Below are positions 63,668-64,000 of a stretch of 64,000 bases of DNA, in pieces. The position numbers and the translations under genes were made by a program. The stretch spans positions 13,950,001 through 14,014,000 of the forward strand of contig NC_045138.2 of the NCBI RefSeq assembly GCF_008831285.2, written 5' to 3'. This DNA comes from Nymphaea colorata (Eukaryota). Numbering within the stretch: position 1 is the stretch's first letter; the number at the start of each line of letters is the position of its first letter. The notes below the pieces were generated by a model that made no database searches, was not told the origin of the DNA, and worked only from the letters and a program-made list of their open reading frames with translations.

Positions 63668-64000
63668 ATGGCAGCGAACCCTCGAATCGACGGTGATGAG
63701 GACTCCATTGACGTGTCTACCCGCCGGATTCAACGGCTGAGGTCACACCTCGCCCCGGCGCCGGCGACGGATAGTCAGCTCCTCCTCTACCGGTCACCCT
63801 GCGCCAGAGTGATGCCCGCGCTGCCGGACCCCTCCCTTCTCTCCGCGTACCTCCGCGGGAGGCATCGGGACGTGCAGGAGCGCGTGTTTCGATACTTCAT
63901 CTCCCGGCCGGAGCTGCATACGCCGCTTGAGATCGGGAGGGACGACCACCGGGAGCTCTGCATGAAGCAGCTTATTGGCCTGGTCCGCGGAGTCGGGATC
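63668..64000 (+). CDS. ACX2: Peroxisomal acyl-CoA oxidase 2, N-terminal part (runs off window)
   Basis: Not in the ORF track because there is no stop in the window. Translates MAANPRIDGDEDSIDVSTRRIQRLRSHLAP...LSAYLRGRHRDVQERVFRYFISRPELHTPLEIGRDDHRELCMKQLIGLVRGVGI, with the PTS2 nonapeptide RIQRLRSHL and the ACX2-type RG.HRD.QE...RP.L.TP.EI..D.HRELC motif. Confidence 0.9.
   Translation, partial: MAANPRIDGDEDSIDVSTRRIQRLRSHLAPAPATDSQLLLYRSPCARVMPALPDPSLLSAYLRGRHRDVQERVFRYFISRPELHTPLEIGRDDHRELCMKQLIGLVRGVGI

Overview
This is flowering-plant nuclear DNA: intron-rich genes with GT-AG splicing, microsatellites and MITEs, so most short ORFs in the supplied track are spurious. In order, the window holds: a U4 spliceosomal snRNA gene followed by a diverged U4-like copy with an almost intact promoter (1.9-2.6 kb); a single-exon PLS/E-class PPR gene; a tandem duplication of the promoter/5' UTR of the next gene, with a ~400-bp foldback fused to the upstream copy; a 14-coding-exon sterol 3-beta-glucosyltransferase (UGT80B1-type) whose introns carry nested transposons; a DnaJ/DnaJ-X co-chaperone; a PLM-like sphingolipid-synthase-family gene with a 1-nt frameshift in a G run; plastid thioredoxin y; an EC1 egg-cell protein; an ASR (ABA/WDS) gene on the minus strand; and the start of peroxisomal acyl-CoA oxidase ACX2, which runs off the window. 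The best leads are the U4-derived RNA that keeps its promoter and kink-turn but has lost its U6-pairing and Sm elements, the long hairpin next to the duplicated UGT80B1 leader, and the PLM frameshift. Exons were inferred by hand from splice signals and recalled protein-family sequences. No database searches were run.
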